Shown here: positions 63,101 to 64,000 of the stretch, in pieces
Position numbering within the stretch: the first letter of the stretch is position 1
How the letters are laid out: the number at the start of each line of letters is the position of its first letter
Translations under genes and position numbers: made by a program
The notes under the pieces: generated by a model
Told to the model about the DNA's origin: nothing
Databases searched by the model: none
The model's input: only the letters and a program-made list of their open reading frames with translations
Source: Octopus vulgaris
Taxonomy: Eukaryota
DNA length: 64,000 nucleotides
Assembly: GCA_951406725.2 (NCBI GenBank)
Contig: OX597827.1
Span: 38,688,001-38,752,000 of the forward strand
Direction: 5' to 3'

Positions 63101-63874
63101 GGTGTTCCAGCCTCAGGAAGTGGCTGTGGGCCAGTTATGTGTTTGTGTGTGTGTGTGTGACTGGCTTGTTATTTGTGTGTGTGTGTGTGACTGGCTTGTT
63201 GTTTGTGAGTATCTGGGTGAACATATACATTTGTGTGTAAGAATCTATTAAAATAAACTTAATGCGTGCTGTTTGTAATATCACTTTGCCTCTATGTGAA
63301 GCATGACCAAATAGCTGGGCTATTATTGCCATTGTTTTTATTGTATGTTGTTTCCTTTATTACTCTAGGTATGCTAATGTATTTCTGCATCCTGTTCGAG
63401 AGGAGATAGCTCCAGGCTATCACAGTATAGTACACAGGTAACTATAAACACAATCTCTTTCTTCTCCATCTCTTGTATTTTTGGAGTTTCCTCATGTTGT
63501 TAATTACTAGTTTATACATCAGAGTAAGCATCTGGAATTCAATAGATACGAAGTTTAAGTTGTATTAGATGAGCTTCTTTTTCTGCCCTGTCCTGTCCCA
63601 TTTTTATTAGCCATCAAAAGTTAAGGAAATTTACACGAAAGAAAGCCACAAAAAAACTTTTTCATTTTTTTTACTCTCTTGTTTATATATTTTCAGACCA
63701 ATGGACTTAAGTGCCATTAAGAAGAATATTGAAAATGGTGTTATCCGCTCTACAACAGAGTTCCAACGTGATATGATGCTAATGTTTACTAATGCCATAA
63801 TGTACAACAGCTCTGACCACAATGTGTACAAGATGGCACGAGAGATGTACAATGATGTTATGCAACACATTGAG
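33898..63874 (+). CDS. BRD8: Bromodomain-containing protein 8 (NuA4/TIP60 subunit) ortholog; first 18 coding exons, continues beyond the window
   Basis: Hand-spliced exons 33898-33913, 37203-37296, 38190-38262, 40484-40533, 41631-41750, 43428-43508, 44991-45103, 46144-46262, 47947-48660, 50481-50910, 54782-54982, 55954-56258, 57756-57960, 58771-58820, 60470-60645, 62592-62672, 63369-63437, 63697-63874 total 3075 nt (1025 codons), in frame throughout. The N-terminus WSIKEQLSLACSVMKNGDQNWVSVSRAIKPF and the bromodomain WKKSIMLVYRAAATHKYANVFLHPV...PMDLSAIKKNIENGVIRSTTEFQRDMMLMFTNAIMYN match human BRD8 as recalled. Confidence 0.95.
37203..37296 (+). CDS. BRD8: BRD8 exon 2 (HKVKTGQLDKWSIKEQLSLACSVMKNGDQNW)
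   Basis: tccag/GTAAAA, phase 1-2. Confidence 0.93.
38190..38262 (+). CDS. BRD8: BRD8 exon 3 (VSVSRAIKPFAEGGSRPADWFSQK)
   Basis: tttag/GTAAAC, phase 2-0. Confidence 0.94.
39031..39676. mobile_element. hAT-type MITE with a nested minus-strand SINE (39157-39556)
   Basis: TIRs tagtagttctcaact / agttgagaaccactg; TSD ccctataa / ccatataa. Confidence 0.82.
40484..40533 (+). CDS. BRD8: BRD8 exon 4 (NCALQYADLLEKVEIPK)
   Basis: tccag/GTATGT, phase 0-2. Confidence 0.92.
41631..41750 (+). CDS. BRD8: BRD8 exon 5 (RKRSDKEANETPGELIVRKLTMDRLEELKKIIVEEENRYR)
   Basis: tctag/GTTTGT, phase 2-2. Confidence 0.93.
43428..43508 (+). CDS. BRD8: BRD8 exon 6 (KLKREIECIKNGQFDDCIQEVWEAMVQ)
   Basis: accag/GTAAGT, phase 2-2. 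Confidence 0.9.
44991..45103 (+). CDS. BRD8: BRD8 exon 7 (EKKVKDAAVQAAAAAAASRKTARTEGSLDPHRTLASI)
   Basis: tatag/GTAAGA, phase 2-1; (GCT)7 polyalanine. Confidence 0.85.
45130..45645. mobile_element. Interspersed repeat bounded by (AAT)n tracts (SINE/LINE 3' end, family not named)
   Basis: GC-richer block flanked by taa/aat microsatellites immediately after BRD8 exon 7. Confidence 0.5.
46144..46262 (+). CDS. BRD8: BRD8 exon 8 (GSFKIKRPNPKRSRPPSSTDVFDDKDDEPTTETSTAEKIT)
   Basis: tttag/GTAAAT, phase 1-0. Confidence 0.83.
47947..48660 (+). CDS. BRD8: BRD8 exon 9, polyS/polyQ/polyP low-complexity exon
   Basis: tgcag/GTTCGT, phase 0-0; 238 open codons; overlaps ORF 47986..48741. Confidence 0.85.
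50192..50227 (+). other. Minimal (dimer-type) hammerhead motif, Penelope-like, degenerate
   Basis: TTTT-CTGTTGA-A-GAGC-GTAG-GCTC-GAAAC-GTA-AAAG; loopless palindromic stem III (ACGT); core with A6>U. Confidence 0.5.
50481..50910 (+). CDS. BRD8: BRD8 exon 10, Ser/Thr-rich
   Basis: tttag/GTAAGT, phase 0-1; overlaps ORF 50523..51020. Confidence 0.87.
54782..54982 (+). CDS. BRD8: BRD8 exon 11 (SAPTLSKLLGTPN...TQ)
   Basis: accag/GTAACG, phase 1-1; APTLSKLL resembles the human APTLSRLL LxxLL motif. Confidence 0.9.
55954..56258 (+). CDS. BRD8: BRD8 exon 12, acidic
   Basis: tttag/GTAAGG, phase 1-0; overlaps ORF 55944..56285. Confidence 0.87.
57181..57582 (+). mobile_element. Young full-length tRNA-derived SINE inserted at a (TA)n tract
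   Basis: A-box-like tggctgtggggt and B-box-like ggttcagtccc; CpGs largely intact; A-rich tail. Confidence 0.88.
57756..57960 (+). CDS. BRD8: BRD8 exon 13 (ETSKDSSDDQP...AGRPRGRGR)
   Basis: tacag/GTCAGT, phase 0-1. Confidence 0.87.
58771..58820 (+). CDS. BRD8: BRD8 exon 14 (GRKKGGINRRNVKRQII)
   Basis: ttcag/GTGAGT, phase 1-0; needed to join the flanking phases. Confidence 0.8.
59078..59194. mobile_element. Small MITE (cagtggcatagct TIR family)
   Basis: cagtggcatagct / agctatgctaccg (11/13 match); possible 8-bp TSD ctcaagaa / cttatgaa. Confidence 0.6.
60036..60343. mobile_element. pogo/Tigger-like MITE
   Basis: Perfect 19-bp TIRs ccgtaaatcctcgagtata / tatactcgaggatttacgg; TA TSDs. Confidence 0.9.
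60470..60645 (+). CDS. BRD8: BRD8 exon 15 (EDEKKED...LSDSIPNSPASLSH)
   Basis: taaag/GTAAGT, phase 0-2; DSIPNSPAS resembles human DSIPSSPAS. Confidence 0.9.
60945..61515 (-). mobile_element. CR1-clade LINE 3' fragment (ORF2 C-terminus plus 3' UTR)
   Basis: PVWNPYLAQDINRLETVQRRATKRIP...LPYSEHL...RRLAADL...KHFFTLRIAEAWNKLPASVV; (ATT)n tail near 60945. Confidence 0.88.
62592..62672 (+). CDS. BRD8: BRD8 exon 16, bromodomain start (SDTEDEKAYRTWKKSIMLVYRAAATHK)
   Basis: ctcag (CAGCAG tandem acceptor)/GTTAGT, phase 2-2. Confidence 0.93.
63369..63437 (+). CDS. BRD8: BRD8 exon 17, bromodomain ZA loop (YANVFLHPVREEIAPGYHSIVHR)
   Basis: tctag/GTAACT, phase 2-2. Confidence 0.95.
63697..63874 (+). CDS. 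BRD8: BRD8 exon 18, bromodomain (PMDLSAIKKNIENG...NAIMYNSSDHNVYKMAREMYNDVMQHIE)
   Basis: ttcag/GTTTGT, phase 2-0; the acetyl-lysine-binding Asn in MYN is intact. Confidence 0.95.
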
Positions 63875-63973
63875 GTTTGTACTGTTCTTCTTTTATTACT
63901 TCATGTATATTTTTTTATACAATTACTAGGATGGAGGGGAGATAAGCGGAATTGGTAGTGCAACAAACTAAAT

Positions 63974-64000
63974 CAGTGTTTCCCAAACTTTTCGCGCCAA
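63974..64000 (+). mobile_element. Left end of a hAT-type element, truncated by the window edge
   Basis: cagtgtttcccaaactttt is a typical hAT TIR start. Confidence 0.5.

Noticed and set aside
548-63874. U12-type or non-canonical introns
   Set aside because: All inferred introns are GT-AG and none has the RTATCCTT U12 donor.

Overview
This is AT-rich, repeat-dense animal genomic DNA. The SINE families look cephalopod, most likely Octopus (inference). Two intron-rich protein-coding genes lie on the + strand: the 3' 20 exons of an ARMH3/C10orf76 (UPF0668) ortholog (548-28026) and the first 18 coding exons of a BRD8 bromodomain ortholog (33898-63874, continuing past the window). I assembled both by hand through GT-AG introns with consistent phases. 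Introns carry mariner, hAT, pogo-like MITE, RTE, CR1 and Tx1 LINE, Penelope and many tRNA-SINE remnants. The main non-obvious signal is two diverged (~85% identical) copies of the atypical box C/D snoRNA U13/SNORD13, the guide for 18S rRNA helix 45 ac4C. One is antisense inside ARMH3 intron 5 (9440-9546, -) and one is intergenic (32189-32296, +). Both keep boxes C/D, both 18S guides and compensatory stem changes. They also share a colinear upstream motif set and a 3' trailer (AGAAGGATYA) that mimics the 18S 3' end and can pair back onto the 5' guide. Three degenerate Penelope-type hammerhead ribozyme motifs are also visible. Family assignments come from recalled sequences and motifs, not database searches.
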